NCBI GenBank assembly: GCA_051362555.1
Contig: CM120641.1
Location: 33,610,401-33,674,400, forward strand
DNA: 64,000 nt
Direction: 5' to 3'
From: Lingula anatina
Taxonomy: Eukaryota > Animalia > Brachiopoda
The notes below the pieces were generated by a model, which was not told the DNA's origin, did not search any database, and saw nothing but the letters and a program-made list of their open reading frames with translations. A program made the position numbers and the translations under genes. Positions within the stretch are counted from its first letter, which is position 1; the number at the start of each line of letters is the position of its first letter. Below are positions 24,385 to 35,660 of this stretch, in pieces.

Positions 24385-24954
24385 GAAGGATGCGCCATCG
24401 ACTTCTACAGCTGCTAATGCTAGAGGAGGCCGAAGATCGTGACGCAATGCTGGCAGTGGTTGCTCGGGATCGCCTGCACTTTTATTGTGCTGGGCACGTG
24501 CGTCTTGTTAGTGTGACGCACTTCACAGGTATGGTAGTAGTACTCGCCATGCACTTTGGAAGTAAGATAAACGCACGGAAGAAGTGCGCTCACCCCCCTT
24601 TTTGTGAACACGTACATTGAAAGCAAGTTAAACTTACGAGTCTCTTGCGTGGTAAGTACGTCTTCGTGGTAAAATACCCCGTAATTTCTGCATGCTTTTC
24701 CTGCGTTACACGCACGCCTAGCGCACTTACTCAGTACTTTTGTCTTGCGTCCTACGAGCGTGCTCCAGGCGTTCTATTTGTCGCAGACAGGTCGTAGCGA
24801 AAAACTGGCCGGCCAGTTTTCGGGCTGCGTGCTTTGCGTCGTGTTTGCGTCCACCAAAAATAGTACGCTCCACGTGCGTGTATCTTACTACTTGGCCAAT
24901 TTTTTGCACGCAAACCGCTCGTAGAAGCACGCACGACCGGTTGTAAGAGTAGCT
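24385..24954. mobile_element. Harbinger-like non-autonomous fragment
   Basis: CpG-rich. Ends tgtaagagtagct-TTA, with subterminal repeats (agcacgca / gcgtgct). The plus-strand peptide RLLQLLMLEEAEDRDAMLAVVARDR is reminiscent of Harbinger transposase N-termini. Confidence 0.4.
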
Positions 24955-25619
24955 TTAATAGAGTTCTATTCTTTTGTAACCACCAAGGCAAAGCTTCTTT
25001 CTTAAAATGAACTGAAACATCCAAGCTTGCCACCTAACATGCCAAAGTAGTGAAGTATAATTAAAGTAGAGAAGCAAGTACCCCTTAATTATAGAGGTGT
25101 CTTACACAATAAGGTGTCTTAAAATGTGGACCTTTTCTATAAAAAACTTCATGTACCTAGATCAAATTTTACCCAGAGTGGACCTTTTCTCAGCAAAAAG
25201 GGCTGTTCTTTTGAACCCCCTGAACCCCCCCCTGGCTACTGGCCTGCCGTAATATGAATCAAATGTGACAAAGTCACAACCAATGATCAATCCAGGTATG
25301 ATCAATATTACATATCAGTCTTCATAGGCTAGAGTTCATTTTTTCTGTTGTAGTGTGTGGTTAAAATTAGTGAAGGGATATGTGACAGTTATAGTCAACA
25401 AGATTCTGTTTACAGTAGAATCAGTCGCTACGAAGTCATAGCCAATATTCAATTCGATCAAGAGCAATATGTGCGTGTGTGTGTGTGTGTATCAGTCTGA
25501 CAAGCTAGAGACCTATCATTGGTTTGCAGTCTGCAAACCACTCTGAATGTTCATACTATGGTGTCATTGGTAATGTTCCAACAATTCCCTATTTTCTGTT
25601 TGTGTGTCTATATCCTGAA

Positions 25620-26292
25620 GCATGGTGCCGATGGAGAAAAGTTGTTCCTCACTCCTTGCTATAGTTACCCCCAGGCAAACAGTGTGTATCAAATAAGAAA
25701 AGTAAACACTCGGACAAGTCATCAAGCTCTGCCACTCAATCTGGTTCCCAGTCTAAATATGCCATCCTTTGCGAACAAAAAATGATGAACATTCTGAAGG
25801 CCACATGGACTGTTATTCGGACACTGAATTAGATGTAAAGAAAAATAATTTAGAAACATTGGCTTTGATGATGGTTGAATTTTTGCATATAGTTGAAGAA
25901 CTTAAAACTGCATATGATGAAGACAGGGCAATTGAACTAACATCTGAATCTGAAAAAGATTTGGAGAATGCTGGTCAGTTCAGTGAGTGTCGACAATCAT
26001 GACAGGGGCACAGGTGACAATGAAAGTGTGAGAAAGCACCAGAATGACAATTTGTCCAAAGGTGAGATCGATGAAGACGACAAACAACCAGTTAATAAGA
26101 AAGGCAGTGCAGATTTTCTGAAAAACCTGGGGAAAGGGTTAGTTAACGAGGAGCAGTTGGCCCCTGACATAGATAAAGACTTAGCAATTGAAGTCAATAG
26201 TAATGCTTGTCAACTTTTAAAGAAATGACAGAAAACAGTAAGACCAGGCAACCGTCTCATGCTTGGCCCTGAAACGGTTAATCCAGAAATTT
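25620..26292 (+). pseudogene. DIRS-like (tyrosine-recombinase retrotransposon) gag/ORF1 remnant
   Basis: Frameshifted reading ...FLKNLGKGLVNEEQLAPDIDKDLAIEVN...VRPGNRLMLGPETVNPEI resembles the E..GP.I...LA..VN...RP.NC..L....VNPEIW pattern of invertebrate DIRS gag-like proteins. Confidence 0.55.
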
Positions 26293-26295
26293 GCA

Positions 26296-26550
26296 ACATA
26301 AATTATTTTCACTGAATAAAATACTAGGGGTCTTAGACCCCATTCCCATGGATTTTAGATCGATCTATCCCTGTGGAGAGTCTCACTAGATTACTGTCAG
26401 CTTAGCCGGCTTAAGCATCTGTCCCGCCTACTAAAAGCTGTAAGGGGGTAATTAACTGTTTTGTGCACTTAACTGACAGCAATTTAGCGTGAACCCCCAG
26501 GGAGTTAGGTCGATCCGGATGGATCAATCTAAATCTCTGGGAATGCACTC
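26296..26550 (+). mobile_element. PIF/Harbinger-like MITE, family E copy 2
   Basis: TTA at 26293-26295 and 26551-26553. Imperfect TIRs gaccccattccca / tgggaatgcactc. Interior shared with 10303-10517. Confidence 0.8.
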
Positions 26551-27626
26551 TTAGATTGTCTGCCAGCCAAATCAGGGTGATGATGCCCTTTTGAATTCCA
26601 AATTGCAGTCTAACTTACCCTAACAACCCTAGATTATATGCCCACCCTGTATCAATCCATCTCAAACATGTAGTTCAGCTAGGACATGGCCAGTATGACG
26701 TTAAAGAATGATCCCTGGGATCGTGCAATGTTCTCTCATTATCTCTCACTTAACTATGGTGCCTATATAGAATTCCAGTCAAAATTCAGCTTACAGATAA
26801 GTCTTGTTTAACTTTACAATTAAAACATGTCTGAACCCTCTGAAAAGCCCATTTTTGACCACTAGAGAACAGGATTAAGTGAATATTAACAAATCACTGA
26901 TTTTTGACATGAACCTGCCCTTTCATCGAAGAATATGCGACACAAATAATTTCAAGTAACACAAGAATACTGTATTGGGCTAATGTCACCAAAATACACG
27001 TTAATTTTATACCAAAATTTCATCAGAAAATTGGCCAACAAAATGAGATGATTGCAGTATAACAGTGTGAAGTGGAACACAAACATACACACAGAAATGT
27101 AATAACATTTAACAGTGTGACTGAACAACTAGCTGTGGGGGAGTGGGGATCCCACTTGACAGAAATGCTTGATAACTACCAATAAAAGCCACATAAATCA
27201 AGCAGAAAATGGCTGATAAACATTTATGATTAAATTAAGCTAGCTAGATATCAAAACAGCTCAGGCAGAACAAATGACAATGTTTTGCCATTCCTAGTCA
27301 TGCTCAAAGAAAGAATCTTTCTTTCCTACCCTCTTAATTTCAAGGGTCCCACAGTTTATGAAGGAGTAAAACCTGATGATACATAGTTTAATTAAAATTT
27401 CATTAGTCAAAATGTTCATTACATAAAGGTTGCAATGATGTATAAGATATTGGCAATAGATTAAGTATATTTAAAAGTAAATGAACTGAAAGTAATTTTT
27501 CATGAGTATTTAAAAATAAGACTGGTGAAAATCTTTCTTAATCTCCAACAGCAATTGCTAGCAATGTACTTCTGAACAAACAAAGTTTCAAACCAATTTT
27601 AAAAAGTCAGGAATCATAGTGCTTAA

Positions 27627-27951
27627 AGGGATAATAACTCTTCATTTTTGCCAAAAAATGAATTTTCCTGGAGTAAACAACAATTTCCCATACTTACCAA
27701 TGCTTAATGAATCCATTTTTACATTCAAAGTTAGTTCCTTTTTTTTTCTAAAAAGTTTTTTTTTTTTTTTTTGTTAAAATCACTTAAGAGATTTTAACAG
27801 AGTACCGCCATCAATGAAGACAAGCTCAGATATCGGAATAATAGCTATAACTGCCATTTTTGTGGTAAAACAGAATATATTATATTTCTATGAGTTGTTC
27901 ACAATGTTTTTATTGTGAAATATAGATATCATAAGAAGAGTTATTATCCCT
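27627..27951. mobile_element. Kolobok-like MITE, family B copy 3
   Basis: TTAA at 27623-27626 and 27952-27955. Perfect TIRs agggataataactcttc / gaagagttattatccct. Confidence 0.9.
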
Positions 27952-28122
27952 TTAATATAAGCTTTAAATGAAATTTCAATCTAATAGGTCTTCAATCTAA
28001 AGAGATTCACCAATTTAATGCTTAAAACCTCATTTTCATATTAAAATAGCAACATTACCTTCCTGGTTAGGTTTCTGTCAAATTATTGCCACTCTTGGTT
28101 TAAAAAGAAACTAGAAACATAC

Positions 28123-28251
28123 CTGTACAGTTAGTCACTTGGATCTGTGGAATGCAGTTCCGTTGGACACATAGATTATATCTGCATGTGCATTGGCCAC
28201 CTGGGTGATCCACCTGAGGACATGGATACCACTCAGACCATTTTCTGCATA
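28123..28251 (-). CDS. Thrombospondin type-1 (TSP1) repeat exon, similar to the first TSP1 repeat of semaphorin-5
   Basis: 129-bp phase 1-1 exon with acceptor ttgccttaaacag and donor gtatgt. Open reading: CRKWSEWYPCPQVDHPGGQCTCRYNLCVQRNCIPQIQVTNCT. The WSxWxxC, CxCR and terminal NCT pattern parallels Sema5 WSPWTPC...SCLCRTRSC...EIANCS. Not in the ORF track. Confidence 0.75.
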
Positions 28252-28316
28252 CTGTTTAAGGCAAACAAATACATTTTTGTTAAATGAAATTGAAGTAACA
28301 GAAATCATAGTTTCAT

Positions 28317-30507
28317 TTTTATGTACAGACACAGATGTGTCTGTAAATATTGCCATCACCTGCGTCTGTCGTCGCCGGCGTCGCCGTCGGCGCCGTGCAC
28401 TTTCCTTGTAAACACGATAAGTGGAGGGCAGTTTTACTTTTTGGCTTTATATTTACAGAGCTGATGAATATTCATAAAACGCAGGTCAAGTTCGAAAATC
28501 AGCATAATCGGGCCATTATTGTAGAAGTTATGCTGTTTTTTCACTTTTCAGCATATATGCAACCCTGTAAACACATTTTAAGGAAAACCGTTAGGCCTGT
28601 TGTCATGAAACTCACAGGAGTAATCAATCTTACTAAAACGCAGGTCAAGTTCGAAAATCAGCATGATCGGACCACTATTTTAGTAGTTATGCTGTTTTTT
28701 CATTTTTCAGCATATATGCAACACTGTAAACACAATATAAGAAAAATAGATTGGCCAATTGTCATTTAACTCACAGGAATGGTCAATCTTACTAAAACGC
28801 AGGTTGAGTTCGAAAATCAGCATAATCGGGGCATTATTTTAGAAGTTATGCTGTTTTTTCACATTTCCTAAGATTCAATTCTTAGGCATGTTAACAGTCT
28901 TATTATTTTACTAATAAGATACATAAAAGTGTTTGTTTGACATTTCCTGCATCTTTACAACATTGTTAGTTGATTATGTAAAAATGATGGTAAACTTGTT
29001 ATCGTGTATTGTGTAATAAAGTTTCAAAAATGGAAATAAACTCATATCATTGCAGTTTGTCAGATTCAATCATTCACTATGTTCAGAATCTCAGAATGGA
29101 GGAAATTGGACATTTAACACTATTCTATTGATATTTTTCCCATCTCATCAATTTTCTTAGTTGATCATATAAAAATTGCAGTAAACTGTTTATTTTGTTT
29201 TATGTTAAAAAAGTGTTAAAAATGGAAATAAACCCATGTCTTGTTTTACATTTCCTCAGATTCAATTCTTAGGCATGTTAACAGTCTCATTATTTAACTA
29301 ATAAGACATGGAAAAGTGTTTGGTTGACATTTCCTGCATCTTTACAACATTATTAGTTGATTATGTAAAAATGATGGTAAACTTGTTATCATGTGTTGTG
29401 TAATAAAGTTTCAAAAATGGAAATAAACTCATATCATTGCTGTTTGTCAGATTCAATCATTCACTATGTTCAGAATCTCAGAATGGAGGAAATTGGACAT
29501 TTAACACTGTTGTATTGATATTTTTCCCATCTCATCAATTTTCTTAGTTGATCGTATAAAAATGGCAGTAACCTGTTAATATTGTTTTATGTTAAAAAAT
29601 TGTTAAAAATGGGGAAAAAATTTTCAGAACAGTGCTGTCTTGTTTACATTTTGGCATTTTCAAGTTGTGACTTTGAAGTTCCATAGGCCTGAGGACCTTT
29701 GCTAGTCACATTTTCTGAATATCCATGATACTAATATTTTATTATTAAAAATTGATGGTCATTATGCTGTTAAACATTATGTAATATTGCATCAAAATTT
29801 GAAAAAAAAAAACAAACTATTTTGGGCACTGCTCCCATGATGACCATTTAAGAAAAACCATGTCACTTACTGTTCTCAAACTTACAGGAAAGAAACATGG
29901 GACTAGAATACAGCTTCAGTAGGCAATGCAGTCTGTTTGGTAATTCTTACTGCCAGTTTAAACAGTTTTTTTTTTTTTTTTTTTTTTGTGAAAATTTAAT
30001 TTTTCACATATTGGCATTTTCAAGGTGTGACTTTGAAGTTCCACAGGCTTGAAGACCCATGCTAGTCACATTTTCTGAAAATCCATGATACGTATATTTT
30101 ATTATTAAAAATTGATGGTCATTATGCTGTTAACCATTATGTAATATGGCATCAGAATAGAAGAAAACTCAATTTTGGGTGCTGCTGCCATGATGACCAT
30201 TATGGGAAAACCATGTTACTTATGATTGCCAAATTTTCAAAAAAGAAATACGGGACTAAAATGCAGCCTGAGTTGGAAAAACAGTCTAATTGGCTTCTTT
30301 TTCTGGAAGTTATACATCTTCAAAGTGTGAACTTGTTACACATTTTACTTATATTGGTATTACCTGTTGAGCATAATTAAAATTTGATGTTGAATTTGCA
30401 GTTTAACATAATGTACTTACTTTTGCATCAGAATTGACAGTAGCCTATTTTGAGCATAGTTATTTCCTGTTTTTTGTCTGTACATTTGACAGCTTTGCTG
30501 CCTTGTT
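28317..30507 (+). mobile_element. Family C element with both ends (opposite orientation to the 9209 copy)
   Basis: Starts tttt-atgtacagacacagatgtgtctgta + (gccgtc)n and ends tgtctgtacatttgacagctttgctgccttgtt. Confidence 0.85.
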
Positions 30508-30595
30508 TAGACTAATGATAACCATTTTCTGCATACTGTTTAAGGCAAATACATTTTTGTAAAATGAAATTGAAGTCATAGAAATCATAGTTTCC

Positions 30596-31033
30596 TTTTT
30601 ATGTACAGACACAGATGTGTCTGTACATATTGCCATCACCTGCGTCTGTCATCGCCGATGGCGATGGCGATGCCGTCGCCGGCGCCGTGCACTTTCCTTG
30701 TAAACACGATAAGTGGAGGACAGTTTTACTTTTTGGCTTTATATTTACCGAGCTGATGAATATTCATAAAACGCAGGTCAAGTTCGAAAATCAGCATGAT
30801 CGGGCCATTATTGTAGAAGTTATGCTGTTTTTTCACTTTTCAGCATATATGCAACCCTGTAAACACATTTTAAGGAAAACTGTTAGGCTTGTTGTCATGA
30901 AACTCACAGGAGTAATCAATCTTACCAAAACGCAGGTCAAGTTCGAAAATGGGCCTGATCGGGTCACTATTTTAGTAGTTATGCTGTTTTTTCATTTTTC
31001 AGCATATATGCAACACTGTAAACACAATATAAG
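30596..31033 (+). mobile_element. Family C 5' fragment, duplicated together with ~75 bp of flank
   Basis: Matches 28317-28742; its flank 30521-30595 matches 28237-28316. Truncated where an opposite-orientation C begins at 31034. Confidence 0.85.
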
Positions 31034-31195
31034 AACAAGGCAGCAAAGCTGTCAAATGTACAGACAAAAAACAGAAAATAAAGATGCAAAATAGGTCATT
31101 TTGTCAATTTTGATGCAATTATAAATAATGCTTATAATAGCATTGTCAGTCAACACTGAATTTTAATCATGCACAACAGGTACCATGGTCCATAA

Positions 31196-31366
31196 CAGGA
31201 GCAAACCCAGAGATATATTCTGACAGTATTCCAAAGTATCTATGTTGATCCATCCCCCATTTTTATGGTCTGCCAACAGAAAAAAAAAAATAGATACCAG
31301 TCAATATAAACTTAATAACCTGACCGTCTTCTGGAAGACCCAGAAGATGGTCTCAATCCACCCCTT
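31196..31366 (-). mobile_element. hAT-like MITE (family H) embedded in C; also at 32593-32759 and 46168-46335
   Basis: Reverse complement of 57705-57872. Same insertion site in three C copies. CAATAA duplicated at 46162-46167 and 46336-46341. Empty site in the C fragment near 18885. Confidence 0.8.
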
Positions 31367-31600
31367 CAATAAGATTACAGTTTCAGGACCATGAGAGTTC
31401 TAATTCACATGATGAAAGTCTCAATATTTGAAAAATGATGACAGTGCATAAAATAATATTACATAATGTTTAAAGACATAAAAAACAATACAATTGCTTA
31501 TGTGGAAATACAGAAAATGTGCAGAGCCTTGAGCGGATGAGAGTTAAAAGTCACAAATGCAAGTGTTTGAGAAAAAATTGTAAAGGAAAACATAACAAAA

Positions 31601-31832
31601 CTAGAAAACCACCGAGAGTGCAGACCTCTGCCAAGGCAGCAATTGTTGGTTATTGTTGATTATTGATTGATTTTTGAGCCAGACCACCACTAAAAACTAA
31701 TCATTGTCCTCTTTGGCCCAATTCTGACAGTTCCTGAAAATTTCAGCAAAATCGGTCCATAACTTTTTGAGTTATGTTGATGACAGACAAACAGGGGTGA
31801 AAATATAACCTCCTAGGCAGAGCCTGAGGTAA
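31601..31832 (-). mobile_element. Small HINE-like element, family D copy 1
   Basis: CTAG end, subTIR acctctgccaagg vs cctaggcagag...ggtaa, (attg)n and gacagacaaac microsatellite-like tracts. Inserted in an A-run of C with no TSD (empty sites at ~46545 and ~51880). Confidence 0.75.
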
Positions 31833-31874
31833 ATATAATTTCAATGGAGCTGCTATTCAAACTTTAAATCTTTG

Positions 31875-31876
<2 letters not shown>

Positions 31877-31924
<48 letters not shown>
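31877..31924. repeat. (TA)n microsatellite
   Basis: Read directly. The paralogous site at ~35708-35723 is much shorter. Confidence 0.95.
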
Positions 31925-31927
<3 letters not shown>

Positions 31928-32991
31928 ACCTGCATAATTATCACTGCTTCCTTATTATTAATCTAGCAGAGAGCTTAACTTTTGGGAGTTTACAAGGAAA
32001 TATCAACAAGTGTGCTTTATGTAATCTCCTTTAATGGCCTATCAATTAGGCAAATGACTTTATAACTCAGAAATTAGCTAAGTGATACCCAAGGGATATT
32101 AACAGACTGACCCTCTCAAAGGTCTTTCAGGCCCATAAGTCACATCTTAAGAAAAACACAAAACAATAATGCACAAAATAGGAGACTACCAATTCTGATG
32201 CAATAATACATTATGTTTTACTGCACAGTCAACATCAAATTTTAATTATGCACAACAGGTAACAACAACGAAAGTAAAAGCATAAGGCTTCAGGCCCATC
32301 AGAGTTCAAGTTTATACTTAGAAAGTGCCAGAATGAGAAAAATGAAAATTTCACACAAAATTGCATAAATTCAATAAGAAATGATAACCCAATTGACCTG
32401 GCTTTCTAATTTGAACTGCATGCCAATCCTAACAAGGCAGCAAAGCTGTCAAATGTCCAGACAAAAAACAGAAAATAAAGATGCAAAAAAGGTCATTTTG
32501 TCAATTTTGATGCAATAATAAATAATGCTTATAATAGCACTGTCAGTCAACACTGAATTTTAATCTTGCACAACAGGTAACATGGTCAATAACAGGAGCA
32601 GACCCATAGATATTTTCTGACAGTATTACAAAGTATCTATGTTGATCCATCCTCCATTTTGATGGTCTTCCAACAGAAAAAAATAGATACCAGTCAATAT
32701 AAACTTAATAACCTGACTGTCTTCCGGAAGACCCAGAAGATGGTCTCAATCCACCCCTTCAATAAGATTACAGTTTCAGGACCATGAGAGTTCAAATTCA
32801 CATGATGAAAGTCTCAATATTTGAAAAATGATGACAGTGCATAAAATAATATTACATAATGTTTAAAGACATAAAAAACAATACAACTGCTTATGTAGAA
32901 ATACAGAAAATGTGCAGAGCCCCAGGCAGATGAGAGTTAAAAGTCACAAATGCAAGTGTTTGAGAAAAAATTATAAAGGAAAACAACAAAA

Positions 32992-35660
32992 CTAGAAAAG
33001 CACTTTGAGAGTGCAGACCTCTGCCAAGGCAGCAATTATTATTGTATTATTTGTATTGTATTATTGATTATTATTGATAATTGATTGATTATTGATCCGG
33101 ACCACCACCAAAAACTAGAGGATCAGAGAGGCGATACCGCCTCCGGATATTGTACCACCAGCTGGAGTAAGCGCATTCGTATGGACCCCCCCCCCTCCAA
33201 AAAGGGACACCATCACCAGTCTTGTGCTTGACAAGCTCTATAAAATGCAATCAACAGGAGTTCTCAAAATATACAAAAAAATATAATTAAAAATGGTCAG
33301 TATATGACTTTCTATTCAACTTCAATAGTAACTATGGACCTATCTCTGCCAGTTTTGGAGATATAAGGGACTTAATGTTATAATTTTGCAGTTACCATAA
33401 TGTGCCATAAATTTCCTACAGAAAAAATTAATTAAAATAAAGAAAAGGTCATTTTGGTCAAAATTCTTGAAATGGGAGGTGCTCTGAAGTTCCAGATGTT
33501 CTAATTTGATGAAATAATGTCATTTTTGACCACAAGTTGCCTGCTTTGCCAAGCCTTATGTTTTAATTTTCTGGAGTTCAAAATTAATTATCCATTACCG
33601 TACTGCACATTTTGCTTTCACTATGTAACTATGGACCTATCTCTGCCAGTTTTGGAGATAAAAGGGAAGCAAAATTTGCAAAGTTCAATTCATGGTGAAA
33701 AGTAGGTCAAAGGTCAATTTGAAGGTCACAGTAAGATTGCCAGTATATGACTTCCTATTCAACTTCAATAGAAACTATGGACCTATCTCTGCCAGTTTTG
33801 GAGATAAAAGGGAAGCAAAATTTGCAAAGTTCAGTTCATGATGAAAAGTAGGTCAAAGGTCAATTTCAAGGTCACAGTAAGATTGCCAGTATATGACGAC
33901 CTATTCAAGTTCAATAGTAATTATGGAGCTATCTCTGCCAGTTTTGGAGATAAAAGGGAAGCAAAATTTGCAAAGTTCAGTTCAAGGTGAAAAGTAGGTC
34001 AAAGGTCAATTTCAAGGTCACATTTAGATTGTCAGTATATGACTTCATATTCAAGTTCAATAGAAACTATGGACCTATCTCTGCCAGTTTTGGAGATAAA
34101 AGGGAAGCAAAATTTGCAAAGTTCAATTCATGGTGAAAAGTAGGTCAAAGGTCAATTTCAAGGTCACATTTAGATTGCCAGTATGACTTCCTATTCAACT
34201 TCAATAGTAACTATGGAGCTATCTCTGCCAGTTTTGGAGATAAAAGGGAAGCAAAATTTGCAAAGTTCAATTCATGGTGAAAAGTAGGTCAAAGGTCAAT
34301 TTCAAGGTAACATTTAGATTGCCAGTATATGACTTCCTATTCAAGTTCAATAGTAACTATGGACCTATCTCTGCCAGTTTTGGAGATAAAAGGGAAGCAA
34401 ATTTTGCAAAGTTCAATTCATGGTGAAAAGTAGGTCAAAGGTCAATTTCAAGGTAACATTTAGATTGCCAGTATATGACTTCCTATTCAACTTCAATAGT
34501 AACTATGGACCTATCTCTGCCAGTTTTGGAGATATAAGGGACTAAATGTTATAATTTTGGAATTACCTTAATGTGCCATAAATTTCCTACAGCAAAAATT
34601 AATTAAAATAAAGAAAAGGTCATTTTGGTCAAAATTCTTGAAATGGGAGGTGCTCTGAAGTTCCAGAAGTTCAAATTTGATGAAATAATGTCATTTTTGA
34701 CCACAAGTTGTCTGCTTTGCCAAACCTTATGTTTTATTTTTCCAGAGTTCAAAATTTATTATCCATTACCGTACTGCACATTTTGCTTTCACCACCAATA
34801 TGTACTTTCTGATACAGCATAACTTGAAAACCGTACGGAATACAAAAAAACGGAGACCACCTCCAGTGTTGGGCTTTACATGCTCTACAAAATGCAAATA
34901 AGAATGGGTCTCTAGCATTAACGGTTCCCGAATTAGAGACAGTTTTCAGTTTCGCCATCTTATGGCCGCTACTCCGGTGAAAATGCACTGATTGACCCCA
35001 AATTCACGGAGATGAAGGATGACCTGAAGGGTAACACTTTCCAATAATATTATTGGTTAAGTCTGTGTGGTGTCTGAATAACAGGGCAAAAAAAATTTTT
35101 TTCGTAAAAAATTTAATTTTTTTGAAAATTTTGGCCCGTTTGACCTTGAAGTAAAGGTCAAAGGTCAAATCCAAGGGCATATTTGAAATCTACACATATG
35201 ACTTTTGGAAAGCCGTCTGTAGAAATTTTTCCCATAACCCCTTCCGTAGGGTAGATAATTAGCATTTAATTTTGCCATTTTTGGACAAGGGTGCATTTCA
35301 ATGAGTGCCACACCCAGACCCCAATACCGACAAAGCCCAAATTTTAAGTGGAACGAGTTGAGATTATAGGTGACCTAAATCCAAGAGATGGGTACGGGGG
35401 GCCTTACCGCCTAGGAGGAGAAGCGGTAACGGTAGCCGTCCGGCGGAGCCAACGGAGCCGGCGGAACGATCCGGACGGGACCGAAACCATGTGTACCGCC
35501 AGCGCTAACGCTGGTGGTACAATTAATCATTGTCCTCTTTGGCCCACTTCCGACAGTTCCTGAAAATTTCTGCAAAATCGGTCCATAACTTTTTTGTGTT
35601 ATGTGGATGACAGACAAACAGGGGTGAAAATATAACCTCCTTGGCAGAGCTTGAGGTAAA
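32992..35660 (-). mobile_element. Family D copy 2, split by family A (32992-33113 plus 35526-35660)
   Basis: Joining the halves restores accaccac-aaaa-aatcattgtcctctttggccc as at 31683-31720. Confidence 0.8.
33114..35525 (-). mobile_element. Family A copy 2
   Basis: Same termini as 1534-4583. About six 146-bp units (33625-34540) and an internal duplication of the post-array unique segment (33300-33620 vs 34470-34790). Confidence 0.9.

Noticed and set aside
26619-26762. Minus-strand exon-like segment with a gtaagt donor as the next TSP1 exon
   Set aside because: Stops in all three frames and no WSxW or Cys pattern.
28350-31094. 139-aa and 159-aa ORFs (also 10497, 11443, 54123 and 55521) as a paralogous gene family
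   Set aside because: All are read-throughs of the family C microsatellite and ~160-bp units, and they are frameshifted between copies.
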